NCBI GenBank assembly: GCA_050945515.1
Contig: JBMNTB010000001.1
Location: 87,504-151,503, forward strand
DNA: 64,000 nucleotides
DNA from: Saccharofermentanales bacterium
GTDB taxonomy: Bacteria > Bacillota > Clostridia > Saccharofermentanales > DTU023
Direction: 5' to 3'
The position numbers were made by a program, and so were the translations under genes. A model generated the notes under the pieces. The model worked only from the letters and a program-made list of their open reading frames with translations. It did not search any database and was not told the origin of the DNA. This document shows, one piece after another, positions 1-9,733 of this stretch (within the stretch, counting starts at the first letter, position 1; each line of letters opens with the position of its first letter).

Positions 1-1394
1 AGCAGTGACAGAAGTTCCCCTGATCCCTGTTGGTCATAGCGGGCTGCACAGCGGAGAGCAGCTGAGATTTCCGGTAAAGGACATAGAGCAGCCAGTTTTC
101 TAACGGCTTCAGCGCCTGTAACTCCGGCTTCCACGGATTTTTGGGCTAATTCAAGCTCAGTGCCCAGACGCTGCCCGCAAACCAGCTTTTTGGTTGCGTC
201 AATAGATAGACCTAAAGCAATCTGTAAAGTCAAACCGCTTTCCATCAGCAAAGACAGCATGCTTAGAAATGGTGGATAAGAAAGGCGGTAGAATTGCTTA
301 TTGTTTTGTTCCTCGCTAAGAACTAATAGATCCTGTAAGAGGGGGAATATTATGATAGCTATAGGCACAAACCACAGAGGTACTGTCCTGCTGATAAAAA
401 GCAGCAGAGCGACCGCAAAACCGCAGAACAGATATTTCACTTTCTGCTTCAAATATTTATGCCACAAATTTTCACCCGGCTGAGTCGGATCGCTGAAGCG
501 GACAATCCGGCTAATTTTATAGCCAAGGCCGACCGGTAGTAGTTTCAGATAGAAGGCGGACAATCGGGGATATGTCTTTCCCGGTTCTGCAGTAGAATCA
601 GCTTGGTGTTGCCCGGTTTTACCCGACCGGATCTGAGGTCTGGCTATGATCGACAAAGTCAAACTGATGGTTAAGAGGGCGATTAAATGAAAGATAAACC
701 CCGCCAATATCCACCAGCCAGTTGTTACTGCAGTCTGATCCGGATTAATATTTTGCCGGAATAACAGCAAACCGAAGAGAAAAGGCAAAAAGCACATGAC
801 TGCAGCCTCAGTGGTTTTTTGACTGTTTTCCGCCTCTACTTCTGACTTTAGAGCGATTTCCGTATATATCTGCCGATGGCTTTCCCGCAGATAGACATCA
901 ATATGTCCGCCGTATTTTCTCAGCCAGGGCAAAATAGCCAGATCCTGACTCAGCCTGGTGCAGGAATAGCTGCGATCAAGATCCTGCAATCCGGCGACGA
1001 GATCGCCTTGTGCCAATAATTGCCGACGGAGACGGTCCAGCAGCCGTACCAATCTGCTGCGTGTACCGAATTGTTCCTTGAGATTCGCCGGTGCATCCAA
1101 AAGAGCTCGTTCCAAAGTCCGTCCGGAAGAGATCTGGCCTGACAGATAAGCGAGAAATTGCTCTGCTTCGTCCAGTTTCATCTGCTCTCGCCTTGAAATT
1201 ACCAGCTTGTATAGTGCTCTGCCGGGCAAGATCAAACCCACAAGGCCTAGAATAAGTCTTAACTTCCACTCCGTAACAAAGATGGCAGAAGTGAGCCAGC
1301 TGAAAGCGGCGGCTAGCAACATGGCGGGCAAGGCGGTCCTGATTCCGTCGTGTTGTCCGGTCTGGTGGTTTTTGCGTACTTTAGCTTTTCTCAT
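1..1394 (-). CDS. Tad/Flp pilus inner-membrane platform protein, apparent TadB-TadC fusion (two T2SS-F-like domains); 3' end lies beyond the window
   Basis: Not in the ORF track because there is no stop inside the window. My minus-strand translation from ATG 1394-1392 (ATGA overlap with the cpaF stop) stays open to nt 1 (464 codons, MRKAKVRKNHQTGQ...). Two soluble helical segments (..QFLAYLSGQISSGRTLERAL.. and ..FLSMLSLLMESGLTLQIALGL..) are each followed by hydrophobic helices, as in GspF/TadB/TadC. It lies directly downstream of the CpaF ATPase. Confidence 0.6.
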   Translation of the reverse strand, partial: MRKAKVRKNHQTGQHDGIRTALPAMLLAAAFSWLTSAIFVTEWKLRLILGLVGLILPGRALYKLVISRREQMKLDEAEQFLAYLSGQISSGRTLERALLDAPANLKEQFGTRSRLVRLLDRLRRQLLAQGDLVAGLQDLDRSYSCTRLSQDLAILPWLRKYGGHIDVYLRESHRQIYTEIALKSEVEAENSQKTTEAAVMCFLPFLFGLLLFRQNINPDQTAVTTGWWILAGFIFHLIALLTISLTLSIIARPQIRSGKTGQHQADSTAEPGKTYPRLSAFYLKLLPVGLGYKISRIVRFSDPTQPGENLWHKYLKQKVKYLFCGFAVALLLFISRTVPLWFVPIAIIIFPLLQDLLVLSEEQNNKQFYRLSYPPFLSMLSLLMESGLTLQIALGLSIDATKKLVCGQRLGTELELAQKSVEAGVTGAEAVRKLAALCPLPEISAALRCAARYDQQGSGELLSL

Positions 1395-2551
1395 TATGTT
1401 TCACTATTCCTTCTGACCAGTTTTGTGCCGTCATGATTGAAATGTTCGGTTAAGACAAATCTGCCCTGTTCATATGATTTAAGAGTCAAAATTCTCTCCA
1501 CTACTCTCTGCCCTGTTTTGAGTCTGGTCAGATGCACCAGCGTATCAATTGCGGAGGCCACCATTCGCCTGCAGGCCTCCCAGGGCAGATTAGAAGCTGT
1601 AAGCAACAGCAAACACAATCTTTCCAACATTTCTTCCGGATTATTGCCGTGGCCGGTGCACATTGAGCCCGGATGACCGGTCTGCATGGCTTGGATCATA
1701 TCGTAGGTCTCATCACCTCTGACCTCGCCGACAATAATGCGATCAGGTCTCAGCCGCAGTGAGGAACGGATCAAATCCGTCAGTGAGACGGTTCCTTGAT
1801 CATCAGGGCCCGGCAGTCTCGCTTCCAGGCGCACCAGATTATCCAGTGTGGAAAGCTGCAGCTCACAAGAGTCCTCAATTGTTACCACCCGTTCCGTACC
1901 GGGGATAAAGGCCGATAGCGCATTGAGAAAAGTTGTTTTGCCCGTGCCGGTTCCGCCTGAGATGAAGATATTGCTCCTGCTTTGTACTTTATGAGCCAAC
2001 CATTGTGCAGCCTCGGTACTGAGAGTATGATTGGCGACCAGGGCAGGCAGGGACGGACTGATACCTGTAAAACGTCGGATAGTCATAACCGGTCCGTCCG
2101 GAGCCACCGGCTTTAAGACGGCATGAACCCGTGAACCGTCGGCAAGTCGCATATCCCGGATCGGTTTCTGCTCGTTGATCAAACGATTGGCGCGACCGAA
2201 ATAGCGGGAAATTACCTCAGTCAGATGATCTGTATCTTCGAATTGCAGATCAGACCGATATAAATGGCCGGCTTTTTCATAAAAAACGCAGTAGGGACCG
2301 TTAACCATGATCTCTGTGATCGACTCGTCATCTACCAGAACTTGCAGAATGTCCAGACCGCGAATGGCATTATACAGATCGGTAATCAACTGGCGTCGTG
2401 CATTAAAAGAGAGCGATCTCTTCTCAGTCAGCTGTGTGACTATTACAGCGATAGCACCCCTCAGCTCATCCGGCGTCAACAGTTCTGCATTGGGTGTCTG
2501 TCGTATTACTTCGCCGATCAGCTCCTTTTTCAGAGTACGAGTCAGCTTCAT
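1394..2551 (-). CDS. cpaF: CpaF/TadA-family type II/IV secretion ATPase (Tad pilus assembly)
   Basis: 385-aa ORF. Walker A FISGGTGTGKTTFLNAL, Walker B/Asp box DRIIVGEVRG, His box GHPGSMCTGHGN. Start overlaps the stop of the upstream gene. Confidence 0.85.
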   Translation of the reverse strand: MKLTRTLKKELIGEVIRQTPNAELLTPDELRGAIAVIVTQLTEKRSLSFNARRQLITDLYNAIRGLDILQVLVDDESITEIMVNGPYCVFYEKAGHLYRSDLQFEDTDHLTEVISRYFGRANRLINEQKPIRDMRLADGSRVHAVLKPVAPDGPVMTIRRFTGISPSLPALVANHTLSTEAAQWLAHKVQSRSNIFISGGTGTGKTTFLNALSAFIPGTERVVTIEDSCELQLSTLDNLVRLEARLPGPDDQGTVSLTDLIRSSLRLRPDRIIVGEVRGDETYDMIQAMQTGHPGSMCTGHGNNPEEMLERLCLLLLTASNLPWEACRRMVASAIDTLVHLTRLKTGQRVVERILTLKSYEQGRFVLTEHFNHDGTKLVRRNSET

Positions 2552-3423
2552 AATTTCACCTCGTTCAGTACCCGGAAATTTACGGAGGAGGGCAGCGCAG
2601 CCAGAAATTTGGCCAGTTCTCTCCTGGCAACTATACCTCTGCCGCTTTCAGCTGTAACTGCATCTATGTACAAGATATCGCAGAGCTGGGCCAGCCGGAC
2701 TGTAGTCTCCAGTCCCAGGCCTTCGCAGTCAATTAAGGCTAGTGCCGGATCGGCAAGCTGGGAGATATAGTCCTTAATTTCCAGCAGCAATTTACGCAGC
2801 AAATGAGGCGGACAACTGATCAGATCGTCTGCCTGCTGCGGTAGCCGGAAAGTATGATAACCATGTTTGTGCATTATGAGATAATGCCCGATATTGCGTG
2901 AAATGGCGGACTCTACCTGGTCCAGGGACAACAGAAGATCCGTCAACTGCGGTCCGACTTGATGCTCCTCCAAATCAGGCACCCGGTACAGAGGCATCAG
3001 GGGCAGATAAATAGCCATTACTCCCTGATTTTGCAGTGCCTTGAGATAGGCCGGCACCCAGCGCTCTTTCAGATTGTGATCAAAGCAGAATACCAGGGCT
3101 AAACCGGCATTTTTACCTTCGGGCAGAGAATGCTCGCGCTGACGCCATGCTTCGATTTGTTCAGCCAGTCGTTGATCAATTTCCGAGACTAGGAGGGGGG
3201 ATTTGAACTCCTGCTCCCAAGTCAAGATAACTGCATCCGGGCTCAGTTTATGATGATCCGCAGTTTTACTCTCGGGGCATAGAATCAGATCAAAGTCGGT
3301 TTCTGCCGGCTCGTCAGTTAGTTGAAAAACTTCATAGCGTCCGGCTGCCCGGCGCTCCAGTTGTTCATAGATCCGCCGTTCTCTTCTCTTATTCAAATCG
3401 GAAATCAGAATTTTCGGTAGCAT
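2548..3423 (-). CDS. TadZ/CpaE-like pilus protein: receiver-like N-domain plus ParA/MinD-like domain with a degenerate P-loop
   Basis: 291-aa ORF, first gene of the operon. N-terminus has a receiver-like pattern (KILISD ... DLILCPE). The C-terminal part has a ParA-like layout (..LALVFCF.. strand, then ..LALIDCEGLGLETTVRLAQLCDILYIDAVTAE..), but FDHNLKE sits where KGGxGKT is expected. Confidence 0.35.
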   Translation of the reverse strand: MLPKILISDLNKRRERRIYEQLERRAAGRYEVFQLTDEPAETDFDLILCPESKTADHHKLSPDAVILTWEQEFKSPLLVSEIDQRLAEQIEAWRQREHSLPEGKNAGLALVFCFDHNLKERWVPAYLKALQNQGVMAIYLPLMPLYRVPDLEEHQVGPQLTDLLLSLDQVESAISRNIGHYLIMHKHGYHTFRLPQQADDLISCPPHLLRKLLLEIKDYISQLADPALALIDCEGLGLETTVRLAQLCDILYIDAVTAESGRGIVARRELAKFLAALPSSVNFRVLNEVKL

Positions 3424-3628
3424 GATTTCGCCCTTCCTTCGTCTGTTGCCAGACTAAGCGAAAGGCGAAGCAGCTGTGTTGCGGAATGCTCGACATTACT
3501 CAACAATATGCTTCTACAATGGACAAATAATTTGTGATGCCTTTACAACGACTATGCCAAATCAGCCGCAAATATACATGGCTGTTGTCAAACAGGCTGC
3601 GGTATAATGATGCGCAGGATCAAAAGAA

Positions 3629-4825
3629 CTACCGATCACGAGCGGCCAAAGCTTGCAGCCTGCCCACATATTCCGTCCTTTCCCAAGGCAGATCCAGATC
3701 AGCGCGGCCAAAATGCCCATAGTTGGAAATCTGGCGATAGATGGGCCGTCTTAGATTGAAGGAACGAATAATAGCTTCCGGCCTGAGGTCAAACAGTTCT
3801 TCCACATATGATGACAGAAGCTGATCCGAAACCACACCCGTACCGAAGCTGTTCACATTGATCGAAACAGGATGCGCCACACCGATAGCATAGGCGATCT
3901 GAACTTCACAGGCATTGGCCAAGCCTGCGGCAACAATATTTTTGGCTACATGCCGGGCGGCATAACTGGCAGAGCGATCAACCTTGGTCGGATCTTTACC
4001 TGAAAAGGCGCCGCCGCCGTGATGGGCAAAACCGCCGTAAGTATCGCAGATGATCTTGCGCCCCGTCAGCCCCGTATCACCCTGCGGCCCGCCGATAACA
4101 AAGCGCCCGGTCGGATTGATAAAAATCTTGGTATCTGCGTCAAACAGCTCCGCCGGCAGAGAAGGTGTGATTACTTCCTCTATCACCAATTCCCTGAGCT
4201 CAGACAAAGTGACCCCTTCCGCATGCTGGGTGGAGACAACTACGGTATCGATATGGACCGGCCGATCATCGCAATAAGCCACCGTGACCTGAGCCTTGCC
4301 GTCAGGATAAAGGATATCCGATGAAGTAGATCTTCTGACCTCAGCCAACCGTTTCGTCAGGCGATGAGCCAAAACGATCGGTAACGGCATCAGTTCTTCG
4401 GTATCTCTATTGGCATAACCGAACATTAGCCCCTGATCTCCGGCACCGGTACTGTAAGTATCTTCCTGACCTTCACGATACTCCAGAGCCTGGTCAACAC
4501 CCATAGAAATATCCGGTGACTGTTCATCGATACTGAGGATAACAGCACAGCTGTCAGCATCGAAGCCGCCTTTATCGCGGGTATAGCCGATATCGCGCAC
4601 AGTATTGCGGGCAATTTGAGCAATATCCACATATGAAGTGGTTGAAATCTCGCCCATAACCATAATCAGGCCGGTAGTTGCAACTGTTTCGCAGGCAACC
4701 CTGGCCATCGGATCATTCTGCAGAATGGCGTCAAGCACGGCATCGGACACCTGATCGCATAATTTATCCGGATGGCCCTCCGTTACAGACTCCGAAGTGA
4801 ACAGCCAAATTCTATTATCTTTCAT
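3629..4825 (-). CDS. metK: S-adenosylmethionine synthetase
   Basis: 398-aa ORF with MetK hallmarks: [35 protein letters not shown]. Confidence 0.97.
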   Translation of the reverse strand: MKDNRIWLFTSESVTEGHPDKLCDQVSDAVLDAILQNDPMARVACETVATTGLIMVMGEISTTSYVDIAQIARNTVRDIGYTRDKGGFDADSCAVILSIDEQSPDISMGVDQALEYREGQEDTYSTGAGDQGLMFGYANRDTEELMPLPIVLAHRLTKRLAEVRRSTSSDILYPDGKAQVTVAYCDDRPVHIDTVVVSTQHAEGVTLSELRELVIEEVITPSLPAELFDADTKIFINPTGRFVIGGPQGDTGLTGRKIICDTYGGFAHHGGGAFSGKDPTKVDRSASYAARHVAKNIVAAGLANACEVQIAYAIGVAHPVSINVNSFGTGVVSDQLLSSYVEELFDLRPEAIIRSFNLRRPIYRQISNYGHFGRADLDLPWERTEYVGRLQALAARDR

Positions 4826-4857
4826 TTTCTATCCTTTCCTTCCCAACAGCCACCACA

Positions 4858-4882
4858 TAAAAAAAGACCTCACGATGAGGCC
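4858..4882 (-). terminator. Riboswitch expression-platform terminator upstream of metK
   Basis: Minus-strand sequence GGCCTCA-TCG-TGAGGTC followed by TTTTTTT. The 5' arm can alternatively pair with the preceding GATGAGG, which is the 3' side of riboswitch P1. Confidence 0.7.
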
Positions 4883-4895
4883 GGAAACTAGTGAC

Positions 4896-4998
4896 CTCAT
4901 CTGCCAGACCACACTGTGGTCTGCTGGAATTGGCACCGCTGCTTTCCGCGGTTGCCGGGCTTCACAGGGCCAGTCCCTCCGCCTCTCTTGATAAGATG
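4896..4998 (-). ncRNA. SAM-I (S-box) riboswitch
   Basis: Minus strand reads TCTTATCAAGAGAGGCGGAGGGACTGGCCCTGTGAAGCCCGGCAACCGCGGAAAGCAGCGGTGCCAATTCCAGCAGACC...GGCAGATGAG. This matches the conserved S-box core (CTTATCAAGAG-GG-GGAGGGACTGGCCC-GAAGCCCGGCAACC-GGTGCCAATTCC-AGATGAG) and sits in the 5' leader of metK. Confidence 0.9.
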
Positions 4999-5249
4999 AC
5001 TATTAAGTTGTTTAGTTCAATAAAATGGTCTTTAATATGCTAGCACACTATTTTTTCCTGTCAACAGAGCGCCATTGATAGCAATTATCAGTTCATTTGT
5101 TACGAAAACGCTATCTTAGCTCTGAAGTCTTTCTTTGTCGCTTGGCAGGGACAGTTGCCTGATTTCCTGATACTGACAGAGCTTTTATTGTTGTATCATC
5201 AAAGTATCAAAAACCTAGTTAATTCAAGCAGCCGGACTGAGGAATAGTT

Positions 5250-7637
5250 TTGAACGGACAAAAAGCGCCAATTGAATTAGTCGGAACAATTTCCAGGCTC
5301 ACCTTTGTCAATACGGAGAATGGTTTTACCGTAGCTGAGGTGGAGAGCGAAAAGCTGGATTTCGTGGCGGTCGGCATAATGCCGCCGCTCAAACTTGGCG
5401 ATACGGCGGTTTTCACAGGTAACTGGATTGAGCATAAAGAATATGGTCTCCAATTTCAGACCATATTAGTTAAAGTTAAACTGCCGTCTACCGGCGAGGC
5501 CATAGAATCATATCTGGCTGCCGGCGCTATTTCCGGCATTGGTCCGGTCCTGGCCAAACGTCTGGTACAAAAATTCGGTGCCGACACACTGAGAATTATT
5601 GCGGAAGAACCCGAACGTCTAATTTCCGTCCAGGGCATTTCCGCTAAAACCGCCCACAAGCTGCACGGGGGTTTTCAAGCCAGCCAAGCCTGGCAGGAAC
5701 TGGCTCTGCTGCTGACGCCGCTTGGCATCGGCATTGCCCGTGTGCAACGCATTTACCGCCAGCTAGGCGCTGAGGCAATCAGGATTGTTAAGGACAATCC
5801 TTATCTCCTGTCAGCCAAAGTTGAAGGCATTGGCTTTGATACGGCAGACAAGCTGGCCGGCAAACTGGGCTTTTCCGGTCAACATCCCGCACGTGTCCGA
5901 GCCGGCGTTTTACAGGTTCTGCGCACCATGCTGACGAGAGGCGATACTTGGATGCCTGAGCAGGATCTGATCAAGCGCACAAGCTATTTGCTGAACTTAT
6001 CTGAAGCTGTGATTCGCCAAGTGATGAGCCAAGATGACTTTTATCTGGAGCGAACCAGAGTATTTAGCGGCGAGGGGGAGATTGGCACTTGCCTGGATAC
6101 CAACTGGCTATTGGCAACTTTTGCCGCCGCTCGCATAGATGAGCTGCTTAGCGAACGGCCTGTGCGCTTAAGCTCTCAGAAAGCTCCAAGTATAGAATCA
6201 GAGCTGGTCTCGGAGCGGCCGGCAGAATACAGCCGGTTTCAAGATCTGAAGACAGTTGCCGGCGATATTGATTCTGCGGCGGCAGCTCTAAGCCTGGAGC
6301 TGGCTTCGGAACAAAAGCAAGCCCTGCTGATGGCCCTGACCAGATCATTTTCAATCCTTACCGGCGGACCGGGCACAGGCAAGACGACTATCGTTAAGGT
6401 CCTGGTTGAGATCCTGCGGACGCAGGGAGCTAAAATCCTGCTGGCAGCCCCCACCGGCAGAGCGGCGCGGCGCCTGACGGAAATAAGTCAAGTCGAGGCC
6501 AAGACTATCCACCGCCTGCTGCAACTTCAACCACTTACAGACGACTATAACCAACAGTCAATCTGGCAACAGACCGAGCAGTTGAGCGGTGATTATCTGA
6601 TTGTTGACGAATGTTCCATGCTGGATATCACTCTATTTTCTCATCTGCTGGCTGCTATACCGGCTGGGATGCGAGTTCTGTTGATCGGCGACAGCGATCA
6701 GCTGCCATCTGTCGGTCCCGGCCAGGTGCTGCGCGATCTTCTGGCACAGGAGAGAATTCCCCGGACGACACTGGTACGTATTTTCCGTCAGGAGAAAGTC
6801 AATCTGATTGTGCGCAATGCCCACCGGATTCGGGCGGGACAGCCTCTAATTCTGGATCAAAGCCTGGAATCGTCATTCCTGCTGGTCTTGCAAAACAGCG
6901 AGACAGAAATGGCCCAAGCAGTTTTCAAATTAGTTCGGGACATTTTACCCCGGGAATATGGCATAGACATTGGAACGGAATTACAAATCCTGACCGCCGT
7001 GCGCAGAGGTGCAGCCGGTGTGACCGCTCTGAACAAGACACTGCAGGAGATTGCCCAAGGCGGGCCTGATTTCACAGCTATTCATCGCATACAGGCCTAT
7101 GCGGTCGGTGACAAGGTGATTCAAACTCGCAATAACTATGAGCTGGATTATCTGCTGGTAGCTGACGGAACCAGGGGGCGGGGCATCATGAATGGCGAAC
7201 GCGGCATTGTCACAGAGCTCAATCTGACCGCTAAAACGATGAAAGTTCTCTTTGAAGAAGAACGCCTGGCGGAAATCGCCGACGATGAATTCGAAGATTT
7301 AGAGCTGGCCTATGCTATCACAATCCACAAAAGCCAGGGGTCGGAATATGCCAATGTAATTTTAGTGATTCCGCACAGTACGCCAATTTTCTTGACCAGG
7401 AATTTATTATATACGGGTGTAACCAGAGCCAGCCAGCATCTGTTCCTGGTCTGCAGAGACACTACTCTAAGAATGATGATCCAAAACGAAATCGCCCTCA
7501 ACAGGCGCACACTGCTCGCGGCGATGCTGCAACAGCCGCCGTTGTATCGGCTCCGAGGTGACTATGATTTTGCGGCTGGCGAGCGCGGGATCCCATTAGG
7601 TGATACCTCTGACTTGCCGAACCGGCAGCAGCCGTGA
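5250..7637 (+). CDS. recD2: RecD2-type SF1B ATP-dependent DNA helicase (RecD-like/YrrC)
   Basis: 795-aa ORF with TTG start 5 nt after GAGGAA. N-terminal OB-like segment (FVNTENGFTVAEV), HhH region, Walker A LTGGPGTGKTT, motif LIVDECSMLD, C-terminal AITIHKSQGSE. Confidence 0.9.
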   Translation: MNGQKAPIELVGTISRLTFVNTENGFTVAEVESEKLDFVAVGIMPPLKLGDTAVFTGNWIEHKEYGLQFQTILVKVKLPSTGEAIESYLAAGAISGIGPVLAKRLVQKFGADTLRIIAEEPERLISVQGISAKTAHKLHGGFQASQAWQELALLLTPLGIGIARVQRIYRQLGAEAIRIVKDNPYLLSAKVEGIGFDTADKLAGKLGFSGQHPARVRAGVLQVLRTMLTRGDTWMPEQDLIKRTSYLLNLSEAVIRQVMSQDDFYLERTRVFSGEGEIGTCLDTNWLLATFAAARIDELLSERPVRLSSQKAPSIESELVSERPAEYSRFQDLKTVAGDIDSAAAALSLELASEQKQALLMALTRSFSILTGGPGTGKTTIVKVLVEILRTQGAKILLAAPTGRAARRLTEISQVEAKTIHRLLQLQPLTDDYNQQSIWQQTEQLSGDYLIVDECSMLDITLFSHLLAAIPAGMRVLLIGDSDQLPSVGPGQVLRDLLAQERIPRTTLVRIFRQEKVNLIVRNAHRIRAGQPLILDQSLESSFLLVLQNSETEMAQAVFKLVRDILPREYGIDIGTELQILTAVRRGAAGVTALNKTLQEIAQGGPDFTAIHRIQAYAVGDKVIQTRNNYELDYLLVADGTRGRGIMNGERGIVTELNLTAKTMKVLFEEERLAEIADDEFEDLELAYAITIHKSQGSEYANVILVIPHSTPIFLTRNLLYTGVTRASQHLFLVCRDTTLRMMIQNEIALNRRTLLAAMLQQPPLYRLRGDYDFAAGERGIPLGDTSDLPNRQQP

Positions 7638-8377
7638 CAAGATCCGGACCTGCTTTTCTGGAACAGCTGCTGTTTCCCCCCTGCTGTTATCTTTGCTCCG
7701 CAATCTTGCCACGGGAGGCGGAGGGCCATCTGCGTTATATTTGCCGTCACTGCCTAAGCCGACTGCCCTTTAATTTGGCTTTGTCCCGGACTTTCCCGGC
7801 CCTCGCAGATCAACCCCCGACAGATATGGCTCTTCCGTACTGGCGTCGGACACCGCTGCCGGCACTCTTCTCCGTCTTTTTTTACGAAGGCGTGATCCGG
7901 GAACTGATCCTGGGGCTGAAGTTCGGCGGGCGCCTGGAGAACGCCCGCCTCCTCGGCTCGCTGATGGTTGCCGCACTGGCAGAAGAGCTGAAACAAGCAC
8001 ATCTCCGCCCGACGGCTGTTGTCCCCGTGCCGCTCAGCCATAACAGGCGCCTTCGCCGCGGCTATAATCAATCCGAATTGCTGGCCGATTTTTTTGCTGC
8101 TGAGCTGGGATTGGAAGTATTGCCGCTGGTAATCAGAAGCAGAGAAACGGTCAGGCAAAGCGAACTTAAAACCCTGGCCGAACGCAAAAGTAATGTCAAA
8201 GACGCTTTTGCGCTGGCACCGGGCGTGAAAGAGCAGGCCCTCAGAGACCGTCAGTTCATCTTAGTCGATGATGTTCTGACTTCGGGATACACCATGCTGA
8301 CTTGTGCAGAAGTGCTGCAAGCGGCGGGAGCGCGGATAATCTGCCTGGTAGCGGCATCAGGCACCCGGAAAGTATGA
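7634..8377 (+). CDS. comFC: ComF family protein (ComFC-like phosphoribosyltransferase-fold, N-terminal Cys4 zinc finger)
   Basis: 247-aa ORF. GTG start overlaps the recD2 stop. CxxC...CxxC (CCYLCSA...CRHCLSRL) and PRT motif FILVDDVLTSGYT. Confidence 0.8.
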   Translation: MTRSGPAFLEQLLFPPCCYLCSAILPREAEGHLRYICRHCLSRLPFNLALSRTFPALADQPPTDMALPYWRRTPLPALFSVFFYEGVIRELILGLKFGGRLENARLLGSLMVAALAEELKQAHLRPTAVVPVPLSHNRRLRRGYNQSELLADFFAAELGLEVLPLVIRSRETVRQSELKTLAERKSNVKDAFALAPGVKEQALRDRQFILVDDVLTSGYTMLTCAEVLQAAGARIICLVAASGTRKV

Positions 8378-8471
8378 TGATGGTTGATAATGATGGCAGA
8401 ATCAGTTTTTGCGCAATTTATATCTGATATACTGATGTTCTAAGGCAGTAATTACTTTGATATCAGGGGTA

Positions 8472-9725
8472 ATGATGAAGAAACAATCCAGAAAGCCGGA
8501 GCGGAAGATTTTGCCCGTCCTGCTGGGCACTGATCTCAATACTTACGGGGTTGCAGTACAATTTCATGCTGCTTACGGCATTAAATCACTGGCTATCGGC
8601 AAGAGCAGACTGGTCTTTACAGAAGAGTCCAAGATTATTGATGTTATTACTTTTCCCAACTTTGACCAGCCGGATACTTTTGTGGCAACACTGGTTAGAG
8701 AGGGTCAGAGATTAAAGCAGCAATATGATCATCTAATCCTGTTGGCCGCCAATGACAATTATGCCGAGTTGGCCATCAGGCATCAGGCTCAACTGGCAGA
8801 CCTTTTTCACTTGCCTTTCGTCTCTGAAACTCTGATGGAAAATCTGATGCTGAAAGATCGTTTTTATGAGCTTTGTGACCGGCACGGCCTGGCCTATCCG
8901 GAGACAGTTGCAGTCAGAGCCTGTGATGCGCCTTTTGATCTGAGCCTGCCCTTTACTTATCCTGTGATCTGTAAGCCCTCCAATTCCACCACTTACTTTC
9001 CTTTGGATTTTCCCGGGAAAGAGAAGGCCTATTTTGTCGAAGACGCAGAGCGACTCAAGCAGATCTTAGCTCTGGTTTATGGCCAAGGCTATCCGGATGC
9101 CATGATTGTCCAAGACTATATTCCGGGCGATGATACTTGCGGTCTGGTCGCCAATGGTTACTGTGACCAAGAGGGCAGAGTACGGATGTTGTCTTTGGGC
9201 AGGCCGATTCTGGAAGATCCGACTCCGATTTACATCGGCAATTATGCAGCTATACGCGATATAAAAGCGCCGGACTTGGCACAGCGACTGACTGATTTCT
9301 TAGAAAAAATTGCTTTTACCGGCATGGTTAATGCTGACTTCAAATATGATCATCGCGATGGGCAATATAAAATTTTCGAGATAAATCTGCGCCAGGGTCG
9401 GGCCAGCAATTATACGATGCTTGCCGGTTGCAACTTAGCGGAAGCCTTGGTGACTGACTTAGTTGAGGGAACAGTCACAGCACCTGTCTATGACAATAAT
9501 CAATCTTTCCTATGGCTGTCTGTGCCCCCGGAAGTTGTTACGGCAATGACAGAGGATGAACAGTGCAGAGACTTCGCTGCACAGATGATTAAGAATCGCA
9601 ATTATCTTGTCTGCTACCGCTATCGACCCGATCTGAGCTTAAAACGCCGCCTTATGCTGGACAGATATGATAAACAGCTATTGCTGCGTTATCGGCAGCA
9701 TTTTGTGCCTCGCCGACTAAGATAG
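8472..9725 (+). CDS. ATP-grasp carboxylate-amine ligase, D-aspartate-ligase (Asl)-like family candidate
   Basis: ORF 8457..9725; I prefer the ATG at 8472. ATP-grasp layout with MIVQDYIPGDD and FEINLRQGRAS motifs, and LLGTDLNTYGVA near the N-terminus. About 420 aa, and sits 8 nt upstream of a FemAB-family gene. The family assignment is from memory and has not been searched. Confidence 0.6.
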   Translation: MMKKQSRKPERKILPVLLGTDLNTYGVAVQFHAAYGIKSLAIGKSRLVFTEESKIIDVITFPNFDQPDTFVATLVREGQRLKQQYDHLILLAANDNYAELAIRHQAQLADLFHLPFVSETLMENLMLKDRFYELCDRHGLAYPETVAVRACDAPFDLSLPFTYPVICKPSNSTTYFPLDFPGKEKAYFVEDAERLKQILALVYGQGYPDAMIVQDYIPGDDTCGLVANGYCDQEGRVRMLSLGRPILEDPTPIYIGNYAAIRDIKAPDLAQRLTDFLEKIAFTGMVNADFKYDHRDGQYKIFEINLRQGRASNYTMLAGCNLAEALVTDLVEGTVTAPVYDNNQSFLWLSVPPEVVTAMTEDEQCRDFAAQMIKNRNYLVCYRYRPDLSLKRRLMLDRYDKQLLLRYRQHFVPRRLR

Positions 9726-9733
9726 GAGAGAAT

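Noticed and set aside
976-1269. Track ORFs 976..1269(-), 301..483(+) and 1207..1416(+) in the first 1.4 kb
   Set aside because: A different minus-strand frame is open across the entire 1..1394 interval and encodes a TadB/TadC-like membrane protein coupled to cpaF. The listed ORFs are out-of-frame or antisense artefacts.
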